A DNA stretch of 63,856 nt, counting the filler, from Tricharina praecox (Eukaryota): the NCBI RefSeq assembly GCF_024521635.1. It is 3 parts of 3 records of this genome, joined end to end, with 100 filler letters (N's around TTAATTAATTAA, not from the genome) between each part and the next. Parts side by side here need not be neighbours in the genome. Positions count along the whole stretch, not along the records: positions 25,346 to 48,759 come from NW_026250475.1; positions 48,860 to 63,856 come from NW_026250484.1; 1 more part is not named here. One strand, written 5' to 3'. Below, piece by piece: positions 40,495 to 51,800 of this stretch. A model generated the notes under the pieces. That model searched no databases. It was not told where the DNA came from and worked only from the letters and a program-made list of their open reading frames with translations. The position numbers and the translations under genes were made by a program. Every line of letters begins with the position of its first letter. The first letter of the stretch is position 1.

Positions 40495-42590
40495 TCCGGC
40501 TTCGGCCGGCTACATTTCGCCACCACTAGGTGGCTCCATTTGGCACAGGCTGTGATGGCTGTGCCTCTACTTCTCTCCTGGGGTAATCCCATGATTCCGG
40601 GGCTTGATACCTCGGCTACAGAGACGTAGGTTCACTCTTCTCTATCTCTGTCAGTCTAAGGATGATACTAACTGATACTAACTGATACCGGCGTCCAGGG
40701 CCCAGTGGAGGGGTAACCTGAATGGAACGCTGCTCATGGAGAGAAGTCCGTGGCAGCGCAGCCTTTCAACGTTCGCGGAGCAGCTCTCAACAGAGTTGAT
40801 TATGTGGCGAGGAGCGGAAACTTCGAGGCTAGGCGTCAAAACCGGCAACCCGTTCAACAACCACAAGGAGTACAAGGGACAATATCAGTACCTGCGCCAC
40901 AGGGGCATTCAGCGTAGCATTCACATGGAGCGCCGCATGGACTCCAAGGGACACCATCACAACTACCGGCGCCACAGGGGCCTCATTCGTCATCCTCCAT
41001 ACCAGCACCACAGGGACTTAACGCATCATCGTCACCAGCAGCCGCCCCTCTGGAGCCCGTGATGATATGCACTCTTGCGGCGCTACTCTTACAGCTGTGG
41101 GAGGAGCGAGTAATGGCAAAAGCCGGGGCTGCCCCGCTGGGGCCCGTAATGAGGAAGAGTCTTGGTCGTGGGAGAGAGCCCATCACTCAAAGAACACTCG
41201 TTACCAGATAACTGGGAGCAGCAAACCTTCGGTTGAAGTTGTTGTTGAGTCCCCCCGACCACGTCCTGACCACGCTGGTGGACCACAGGGTTCCGACCAC
41301 GATGGATCCACCCGCCACATTTTACTTCTCGTCTTTACCTCGTGCTGTTCTTACCACCACCTCCATCCACGAAGACCAAAGAAGATGTCGGCAAGCCTCT
41401 GGTACGCGTACAATCTAGTACCCCTAGTAACGAATCCCGGTCAGCGATCGCTCGCACAGCAGCGCTACGACCATGTGCTCACCAATTGGTGGCTTAGTGT
41501 GGGATTATGGAAGAGAGGACTTTATTTTACACCATGAAGCCACAGGGTGGTCCGGCTTATGCCGGCGACATGTCGCCACCCATTAGTGGCTGGGTGTGGC
41601 ACGGGCATTGATGCCCGTGCCTATCCTTTTCTTGTGGGGAAAGATTTCCCCCCTAAGAATACGTCGTCCGGCTTCGGCCGGCGAAATCTCGCCACCGATC
41701 GGTTGCTGGGTGCGGCACAGGCAGTGATGCCTGTGCCTATCCCCCTCCTGTGGGGTAATCCCTATAGGAGGAGATTTTGTCCAGCTTATTCCAGCGACAT
41801 CTCGCCACAAATTGGTGGCTGAGTGTTAGTACAACGCCTTCAAGACGCCAATAACTCGGCACGACTAGCTGGTGACCCACAACCACAAACATTACCCCAA
41901 GTTCTACTTCTCGTATTCGCCCTCCGTTGTTACCACCTCCTCCACCCACGAAGACCACAGACGATGTCGGCAAGCCTATGGTACGCGTACAATCTGGGAC
42001 CCCCAGAGACGCTGCCGGGTCAGCGATCGCCCGGACAGCAGCTCTACGACTACGTCCTGGCCAATCATATAGACGTCCCCTGGGTCCATCATTTCATTGA
42101 TGGGCAGAATACCGCTACGCAAGCCCCCTAGCGGGCCATGCTTGAGGACACTAGGTATGTACAGACAAGTAACCGTCGCCCGGACGGCGCAAAGCTAACG
42201 CACATCTATAGCAACCACTTCCATATCACCGCGCGGTTCTCGCCGGTTGAAGTGGATGTTCACCGGACGATCATCACCACCTTCATTCACCGGACTTCCG
42301 GTTCGCGCCGGACGCATCTCGCCACCAATTGGTGGCTGGGTGCGGCATAGGCAGTGATGCCTCTGCCTATCCCCCTCTTGTGGGAAATCTCCACAGGAGG
42401 AGAAGTCGTCCGTCTTATGCCGGCGACATCTCGCCACTAATTTGTGGCTTGGTGTGGCACGGGCATTGATGCCCGTGCCTTTTCTCTTCTAGTGGGGAAA
42501 GATTTCCCCACTAGGGAGGATGTCGTCCGGGTCGGCCCGGACACATCCTGCCACCGGTTGATGGCTGGGTAGGCTCCATACCCATCAGGC
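40495..42590 (+). repeat. ~112-117-nt structured repeat, 7 complete or partial copies starting near 40495, 41550, 41666, 41779, 42296, 42408 and 42525
   Basis: Full units contain CCGGC-loop-GCCGG, GCCACC-N4-GGTGGC, GGCACRGGCA-KTGA-TGCCYGTGCC and a long CTCCTGTGGG...CCACAGGAG hairpin. Confidence 0.9.
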
Positions 42591-45546
42591 TTTAACCGCC
42601 AAGGTGAAATACTGGTGGGTCCGAGAGAGCGAGTTCCCCTTCACCTAGCGGGTGGTAAAGGGCAATGCAACCCGAAGATTTCGTGTTCGGGAACATGGAG
42701 CCCCGACTGCAAAGAGGTAGGTTCACTGTTGACCATCACACACCTATAGAGAATGTTACTGACTGATACGTAATCCAGGGCCCAAAGGATGGGCGAATAT
42801 GGTGACGTCTGTAGGTTCGACCCGCATGCGGCTATGGCTCATAGCTTCGGACGCCTCCACTTACATGATCTGCCTTTTGTTTATCTCCACACGTTTATAT
42901 ACGCTCTTCGTCTATTATATTCTGCTTTTTGTTTTGTTTAGTTGTTAATTGCAATCGATGTGTCTTCTTTTAGGTTCTGGTTTTCCGAATATGCTTCTCT
43001 GAAGCGGCCGAATCTCTTTCTGTGACTTTCGGCTAAACTATGCGTGCGCAGTGGGCTCAACATACCCATCATGCGTAATGATTTGCAGAGCCACAACTTG
43101 TTGCCATTCCGCCTCCATGAGCCACAATGCTTACTTCAGCCCATACTTTAGCCGAGAAACGGCGGAAAAAGCAACACTCATTTGTGCGTACTCTACAGTA
43201 AACACCCCGGTGAGTCGCCTACACGGTTAACCCGGCTGGTGAAGCTAGATGGCGGCGACTCCTTGATGTTAGGCTAAGGGTGTCGAGCGGAAAGGGTGTG
43301 CCATGTGGGCGGTAGGAAATATAGGAGTTACGTATGCACTCGAGTGATCTGATGGCTGCTTCTCTCCGTTTCGTGCCGCCCGGTTCGGCGCGATTAATCA
43401 ACGCGCAATGTACCCACTTCATGAGTGCCTGTGGGTTGGTATGCAGCGGAGACCAAATATTCCGCCCCATACGCGGTGTACAGCGACTATCCTCCACAGT
43501 GCTACGGTTCCTACATGATAGTGCCTACTACTCCCTACTCGAATTTAACGGCAGACGATGATCGCTGAGATTCCATGGGACGGCGGGCCTGTATTCCCCC
43601 GGACTCTAGGGATCCGGGCGGGTTCATCGCCGCACAGAAGCTGGGAGCCCGGACATAAACTCCCTTAAACGGCAGCTGTTTGTTTGGTGTCGATCAAAAA
43701 GCGAAAACACCATTGTCGCGCATGCAGGTGCAGTGAGGACAATGGATCGCAAGTGAACGGAATGACAATGATACAACAGAGACCCAAGCTTTCGCTGATT
43801 AATAACGACGAGTTTTATTGCTCTCGACGTCGCACGGCGCCCACACTATGCATACTTCCCAAACGTAGCCTCCCTGACCCGCAGAGTGGTCGGCCTGGGG
43901 GTATACGGCAGCCTAACCGTAAGTTTTTTCGTTTCTTACCGGTATAAAACAAGGCTTAAGCACACGGCAGTGAAGATCCTGACCATGCAGATCCCGGAAC
44001 ACTATGGGATAAAGCAAAATCTTATCCGGACTCCGAAGCCGGAACTTTAGTAGCCGATGCGGTCACAATAGTCCTCCCGCAATAAATAAATTCTCCTTGC
44101 CCGCTGTCACCCGGGGTACGTATAGTAATGGCTCGGAGATTATGTTGTTTTAGTTTTCGTACTCCGCATTGGAGTTTTCCAGGCGCCATTCGAGCACTCA
44201 GGCTACGTCTAACGCTGCGGGATATCGAAGTCGCTTACTCGTAGCGGAACACGATTGTATCACTGACCCAGAAGCCGCGACGGAAAGAAAGGTCTCTCCT
44301 GCTGCCGAGCTGTCATCGTGAGGATAATCGTGTAAGACCCGCCGATCCCTCCACTTGCCCGGTATGGGAAGGTGCACTCGATGGGTCGTGTTTGCAGTAT
44401 ATTGTTCCCGGCATATTGACTTGCATCATGCCACGCAGAAGCCCGAAGTTCCCGGTCTGATGGTCCTGTGGATAGTGTACCTCAATGACTTCCTCGCGAG
44501 GTATCTCTAAGTGAGGCCGGACGCGCGGTGAACCCGGAGTTGGGATGTCTGCTGAACCTGTCCATCTCAGTTCCAAACATCAGTTATTTTCTAGGTGCAT
44601 GGTGAATCCCACGACGTTTAGGAGAAGAGGAGTTCGCGTAAATCGCTGCAGGTTTGCTTAGGGTGCTGACGGCTCCAACGAAGAGCTTCGCGGGTGTGAC
44701 GATGGCCCTCGTCGTCGCCAGATTTGATATCTTAAGATGCGCGATGCGAAACGATATTGCAGGCGAAATCGGAGCAGTTTGAGCGATCTCGCGGAGGCGA
44801 TCTCGGAGGTGGACTGCGACATCTCGTCGTAGTGTTCGTTGTTCGAGTGGTTGAAGTCGTTACTGGTAAACTGGTTGTGTCTGCGGCTTAGCCGGGAACG
44901 AAAAACTCTTGCGGCGTGGTTCGCCACAGTCTATGATGTTTCACGTACCCATCGTCGACTCGCGCGTGAATAACACCAGGCCTCCCTCCCCGCGGGTACT
45001 GAAGTCTCCCCGAAACGTCTCGCCGATATTAGCAGTACATTTATGTCTTCCCTATACCTGATCGTCACTGCGGGGCTACTATCTGATGTCCGGGGTGCGT
45101 GGACCTGCAGCAACCCGACCTCGCTATCCGCGATGACTGCACCCAACATTTTCGGTGTTGTTCCCACCGCTTCCGGGAACCCATCACGTTTCGCTATAGC
45201 AACTTCGGAATTTACTCTTCACCGCCGAGACGATCCCCGTATCCTACACACTACATTCATCAACGAGCGGCTCCTTCGCCCGTCAAGCCGCTGGATCCCT
45301 CCGCCGCATCTCGCGCCGCTGCTCCGTCGTACCGCTCCCTTGACAGAAACGAACGGTCCGTGATTAACGTCAATATCGGCACCGGAAATGGGGCGGCTCA
45401 TTGGTGATGTGGCAGGTCCCGTGATGGCGATCCTGGTGCACTACGGTGATAGGAAGGCTACGAAAGGTCAATGCTAAAGTGCTATGGAGAACTGTCGAGA
45501 GGTTTCATGATGATGGTCTGCTAGACTTCAGCAGCTCACTGAGGAG

Positions 45547-45562
45547 GTATATAACCCCCCGC
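45547..45562 (+). promoter_or_regulatory. TATA box of the GH7 gene with an adjacent CreA-type SYGGRG match on the minus strand
   Basis: GTATATAACCCCCCGC about 110 nt upstream of the ATG; reverse complement contains GCGGGG. Confidence 0.45.
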
Positions 45563-45663
45563 ACTGCTACTTAGTTTTCTATCCTTACCAACCCAACAGT
45601 CCTTCATTCACCGGTATCATCCTCACGATCATTCAGCGTCCTTTACATCTTCCACTCTCCAAC

Positions 45664-47095
45664 ATGTTCAACAAGATCGGCCTCCTCTCTTTGGCCCTTG
45701 CCACCGTCGTCTACGGCCAGCAAGTCGGCACTCTCACCGCCGAGAGCCATCCCTCGCTCAAGGCGCAGAAGTGTACTTCCGCCGGCTGCACCACTGAGTC
45801 CACCTCAGTCGTCCTGGACGCCAACTGGCGCTGGCTGCATACCACCTCCGGTTCCACCAACTGCTACACTGGCAACACCTGGGACACGTCTCTTTGTCCT
45901 GACGGTGCCACTTGCGCCGCGAACTGCGCTCTCGACGGTGCCGACTACTCCGGAACCTATGGTATCAGCTCCACCGGCACCGCGCTCACGCTAAAGTTCG
46001 TCACTAAGGGAACCTACTCGACCAACATCGGATCCCGCGTCTACCTCCTCGAGAGCGACACAAAGTACAAGCTGTTCAAGCTCAAGAACCAGGAGTTCAC
46101 CTTCGATGTCGATGTGTCCAACTTGCCCTGCGGACTTAACGGCGCGCTCTACTTCTCGGAGATGAAGGCTGATGGAGGCTTGGCGGACTACCCCACCAAC
46201 AAGGCCGGTGCCAAGTACGGAACCGGTTACTGCGATGCCCAATGCCCCCATGACATCAAGTTCATCAACGGAGAGGTAAGTCATATTCACGTTCTACTCC
46301 GGGCCTACAATTACTAATTATCCTCGCCGACAGGCAAACGTGGAAGGCTGGGAGCCCTCCGACAACGACGCCAACGCCGGCTCGGGCACCTACGGATCCT
46401 GCTGCAACGAGATGGACATCTGGGAGGCGAACAGCATGGCCGCGGCCTACACCCCGCATGGGTGCACGAAGTCCGGCCCCTACCGCTGCGAGGGCACTGA
46501 GTGCGGCGACGGCGACGAGCGCTACTCGGGAGTCTGCGACAAGGACGGGTGCGACTTTAACAGCTACCGCATGGGCGACACGACCTTCCTCGGCAAGGGC
46601 AAGACTGTCGACACCTCCTCGAAGTTCACCGTTATCACCCAGTTCATCACCGCCGACAACACCACCACTGGCGACCTTGTGGAGATCCGCCGCGTCTACG
46701 TCCAGGGCGGCAAGGTGATCCAGAACTCGAAGGTCACCCTCGCGGGCATGGAGCCGTACGACTCGGTGACCGAGGACTTCTGCGCGGACCAGAAGACGCT
46801 CTTCGGCGACACCAACGACTTCGCGGTCAAGGGCGGACTGGAGACCATGGGCAAGGCGCTCGAGAACGGCATGGTCCTCGCCCTGTCCATCTGGGACGAC
46901 CACGCGGCAAACATGCTCTGGCTCGACTCCAACTACCCTCTCGACAAAGACGCCAGCGAGCCCGGTGTTGCCCGTGGCGCCTGTGGAACCGACACCGGCG
47001 TTCCTGAGGACGTCGAGAGCGCCTCCCCCAACGCCTCCGTCACCTTCTCCAACATCAAGTACGGTGACATCGGCTCAACCTACGCCAGCACCTAA
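45664..47095 (+). CDS. cbh1: GH7 cellobiohydrolase I, secreted, no CBM1; exons 45664-46275 and 46334-47095 (457 aa)
   Basis: Signal peptide then [26 protein letters not shown], catalytic [27 protein letters not shown]...CTAAT...CAG intron. Confidence 0.97.
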
Positions 47096-48759
47096 ATCGT
47101 TGGATAGGAAAGTTACTGGTGGGCGAGGCGTGGAGAGAAGGGTCGGGCTGGGCTCGGGCTGTATGATGATTTCGTTTGTCTGTAGTTCTTTACATTCGTC
47201 TGGGAGGTTTTGAAAGGAGGAAAAATGTATACCAGCTGGAATTACTTGTGCGAGCATGCATTGAACCTTCCGTGACGGTGACAGTGCGAGTGTTATCGAC
47301 TGCGACGTGATGAATCTATACCGAAGCTACGGGGCACACTTTGGCCGTTTAGATATTGCTAATAATCAACACAGTCCAACCGGGAGCTATCACTGCCCGC
47401 ATTGCAGCCGTATCCCATGAAAGCCCATATCATAGCAGTGATTTCACCTGAGCGACAAACAGAGGAAATGAACACAGCTCCCAAGCATAAGCTTCAGGTA
47501 GCACACTTGAATTAAAGTAGTTTTCACGGGATATTGTTCTGAAAATTGACAAACCCTCCGAGTCATGGCCAGAGAGGTGTGGAATAAAGTGTTTCGATTA
47601 GTCGGCTCACCGTTGAGCACTCGCTTTTTTTTTTCCGAAGCTTAGCGTTTGATTGGACACACGTCGCAACCCTCATAGATCGCAAGTAATTACTGATTAA
47701 ACAGGAGAAAATGCGCCGCAGCGCATATCAACAGTCATAGGACCGCACGTAACAATGAATTCATGCTCTCTCTATCTCTCACGTCCTAGCCATTTGTCCA
47801 ATATAGGAGTATAAAATCTTGATTATCTTCTGTCTTCTGCAGCGGCAGAAGTTCCTCAGTATACATGCGCTATGTAGACGGCCTCTATGCTCGTCCTGTC
47901 GGCGGGCTGCTCGTATACCACATCACGCTCAGAGCGCCAAACACGACTCGGACGCCTCTGGCCCGGTTGCCAGTTTTCCGGCACCAGATATGACTCGGAC
48001 AAGTTCTAGCGCCACCCCCGGCGAGAGCTACTCCCGCGCCAGGAGTCCCCCAGAGCGATCGGAGGTTTACCTCAGACACCTTTCTATCTTATCACGTTAT
48101 TGGGGTTAAACCGGATAGCCTTCGGTTCGTGAAAAATAGAGCAATCGAGCCGTTGTCTAAGATGCAGCCACAAAGAACTCTACACGGTGATACACATGAT
48201 CCCGGATGTTGAACAAAAGGAGCATTAGCCATTACTCCGGTACCAATGCCTAGCTTCGTGAAGTTAATACAGGCCGACTGTCCCATATCACGAATTTCTG
48301 TGGACAGCGTCGCTTCCGTGTGTTGCGTCATGGGCAATCACTCGCTGCGTCGAGATCTTTCCGTTTTCCGTTCTCACGGAGGTGGTGAGCAGCCTCTATC
48401 CGAGGAACCTCCGCGCCTCCCTCTACATATATCTTTTTTTTTCCGCTCTGTCTGATACACTATACACTACTTCAGAATACCACTTTTCTTAACAGGTCTG
48501 CCGATCGTGGGTGTGAGTGATCAACTGTGATATAACCCCAGCGACCGACCAAAGTCTGGCCGATTAGTAGCGTAAGGAACACAATTCTTCTTGTTCGCTC
48601 GCGACGGTGGCTTTGAGTGAGTGTGGGCCGTAAATCGGGTTGATTAGTAGCTGAACGACCACTCTTGTGTTGGTTGTTTAAAATAGTGACTTCGGGTGAG
48701 CGAGGAGCCTTAATTTTGTCGATCAACAGGTGAACGAACATAAAATGGCTCAGTGTGGG

Positions 48760-48859
48760 NNNNNNNNNNNNNNNNNNNNNNNNNNNNNNNNNNNNNNNNN
48801 NNNTTAATTAATTAANNNNNNNNNNNNNNNNNNNNNNNNNNNNNNNNNNNNNNNNNNNN
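48760..48859. other. Artificial contig linker (44 N + TTAATTAATTAA + 44 N)
   Basis: Identical to the linker at 25246. Confidence 0.97.
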
Positions 48860-51800
48860 GTTGGCGTGGGTTCCGATTGTCCGAATCACACGGTAGGGAC
48901 CATGATGTTTGTTTTCCAGCTTGCGACTGGGTCTCTCGGTGCGCCAGTTCCGACCATCCACCCATACCATGTCGCCTGGTTGGAAGGCTGGCGCAGGGGT
49001 TCGGTGTCGTTCGGAGTCGTCCTGTTGCCGTGCCTGGGCATACCGCATTTGGCTGCGGGCGACGTCGTGGATTTGATGCAACCGTTCCGCTGCACTCTGA
49101 GCTTGATGTTCCTCCTTGCTGTCGACACGGATATCCAGCTCAAAGTCACACCGTGGGTGGTATCCTAGGTTAGCGAAGAATGGCGACAGGGTAGTCGTGT
49201 CGGAGACCTGGTTGTTGCCAGCGAATTCGGCCATGAAGAGGTAGTCGACCCAGTCATCCTGGAGGTAGCTGACGTACGCGCGGAGGTGCTGTTCCATGAC
49301 GGCGTTCATCCGTTCGGTTTGGCCGTCGGTCTGGGGGTGGAAGGCAGTTGACAGGCGTGGCTCGATCTTGAGGCATGAGCATAGGTGTTTCCAGAATCTC
49401 GAGGCAAACTGGGGACCCCTGTCCGAGACGATGGTATTTGGCAACCCTGGTACCTGAAGATCCGGTCGCAGAACAGCTCGGCCAGTCCTTCCGAGGTGAT
49501 GGTCGTGGTACATGGTAGGAGATGGCGTTGCTTGGTCAGTCGGTCAACAAAAACACAGATGGCGTCAAACCCCTTTGAGGCCGGTAAGCCAGTGACAAAG
49601 TCGACTGAGATGTGTTGCCATGGCTTCTCGGGTACTGGGAGGGGGCGCAGGACACCATAGGGTGCGTGCCGGGTGGCCTTGGTTTGTCGGCAGGTGTGGC
49701 AGTTTCGGACAAACTGGTCAACGTCCTTTCGCATCTGTGGCCAGTAGTACCTTCGAGCAAGTAGTTCCAGGGTTTTTGCGCGCCCTGGGTGCCTCATGGT
49801 CGGTGGGCCGTGGTGGTCCTGGATCAGTCGTAGTCGGAGTCGGTCGTACTCTGGAACATAGAGGCAGTCTCGGTAGATCAGTCGCCCGTTGACTTCGCGG
49901 CATTCGGCCAAGGAGATCTCCTTCGAGTGGCGTGTACCATTTCGGAGTAGCTCGAGGATTCGATTTGGGACGGGGTCTATGTCGTAGCCCTCTGTTATCA
50001 GTGACGTGAGGAGGGGACGGTGTTGTTCGGGTTTGTTGGTTGTTGCCAACCGGAGCTCTTCCGGTAGGTTGTCCGGTTTCAGGACCGCCTGCTGGTTGGC
50101 AAGCAATCTTTCATCCCCTTCTTTAGGGAGGTCTCCTGACCTCCTGGTCAGTGCATCCGGTTTTCCTCCCGCTTTGCCTGGTCGGTAGACAATCTTGAAA
50201 GGGAAACGGGAAAGGAACTCTGACCATCGCGCTTGTCGTCGGTTAAGTAGTTTCGTTGTCATGAAATACTCCAGATTCTTGTGGTCGCTTAGGACTTGGA
50301 TGGGGTGAGGAGCGCCCTCCAGATGTGGTCTCCACTCCTCAAAGGCGCGGACGATTGCGAGGAGTTCTTTGTTGTAGATCTCGTAGTTGCATTCTGCCGG
50401 GGAGTGTTTCTTGGAATAGAATGCCACTGGGTGCAGGATTCCCTCGTCGTCGTACTGAGATAGGACGCCGGCAGAGACGTAGCCGGAGGCGTCAGTTTCC
50501 ACTACTATCTGCCGATCGTAGTCGAAGTGCCGGAGGATCGGGGCCGAGGTGAATGCTGTTTTTAGTTCGTCGAATGCTTTCTGCTGTTCCGGTCCCCACA
50601 CGAAGGGAACATACTTTCCATCCTCCTTCTTGGTCAATGCTGTCAATGGGGATACCACCTTGAAATAGTCTTGGATGAATCGCCGGTAGAAGTTTGCAAA
50701 TCCCAGAAAGCATTGCACATCGGTGACGGTACTCGGCTCCTCCCATTCCAGTATGCAGGAGACTTTCGCTGGGTCCATCTTGATCCCGTTTGTTGTAATG
50801 ATCAGTCCCAAATACTTGACTTCTGTCTGGTGGAAATGACATTTTTCGGGTTTGAGATGTAGACCGGCTGCTGATAAGGGCTGAAGTACTTTCCTGACAT
50901 GTTTCCGGTGTTCATGTAAGGATCCGCTGTAAATGAAGACGTCATCGATGAATGCGGTACAGAAGTCTTCGAGGAACGGGCGTAGCACATCGTTGATCAG
51001 AGCTTGGAAGTCGGCAGGGGCGTTGGTGAGGCTGAAGGGCATGACGAGGGATTCGAAGAGCCCGTAGCGTGTCCGGAAGGCAGTTTTCCACTCTTCTCCT
51101 TCCGCCATCCGCACAAGGTTGTAGGCACCGCGGATATCCAGGGTGGTGAAGTATTTCGCCCCGGATAGCCGCATCAGAGTTTCTTGGAGGAGTGGGAGTG
51201 GGTACCTGTTCTTGATTGTTCCTTCGTTCAGGCCCCTGTAATCCACACACAGGCGTAGGGAGCCGTCCGATTTCTTGACAAACAGGATTGGCGATGCTGC
51301 TGGAGAGGAAGAGGCACGGATGAAACCTTTGCTAAGGTTGTCGTCAAGCCATTCCTTCAATGCGACAAGCTCAGTTTTCGAAAGTGAGTACAGTGGTCCG
51401 TATGGGGGCGTAAATCCCTCCTTGAGTGGGATCTTACGGTCTTAGTGTCGGTGCGGTGGCAAGTTCTGGGCGAGGGCTTCAGAGAACAGCGGTAGGAACT
51501 CGTGATATTCGTGAGGGATATGTGCCGTGGGGTCCTTGTTTCCTTCCAGTGCGCCGTTGACTTCGGCAAGAGTGGTGTTGAAAATCGTAAGGCTTTCCTT
51601 GCTGACCAGTTCTTGGAATGACTCCATCCGTAAGGCTGAGATTCTGACTGTGGTTTCCCTTGAAAGGTTAGTGCATTCTTGGTGATTCATCCTTGGGGGA
51701 GACGTAATGCAGCGGGCCACGATGTCGCCGGCCCCCGCGCTTACCGCTGGCTTCTCCTGAGCTGCTTTTGACGCGAGAGCATAGGTAGATACGTCAGGTG

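Larger units (their letters stand above)
39720..43025 (+). ncRNA. Unit B: candidate spliced, structured lncRNA locus containing the multi-hairpin repeat array
   Basis: TATAAA 39917-39922, pyrimidine-rich leader, four introns with branch sites (40069-40215, 40626-40698, 42155-42211, 42717-42778), T-rich 3' region. Longest sense ORF is 156 codons. Confidence 0.5.

Noticed and set aside
40495..42590. Hammerhead, HDV-like or hairpin ribozyme, or tRNA identity for the repeats
   Set aside because: No CUGAUGA/GAAA core, no evident HDV double pseudoknot, no hairpin-ribozyme loop B, and no TTCRA or D-loop motifs by eye. A CM search is still needed.
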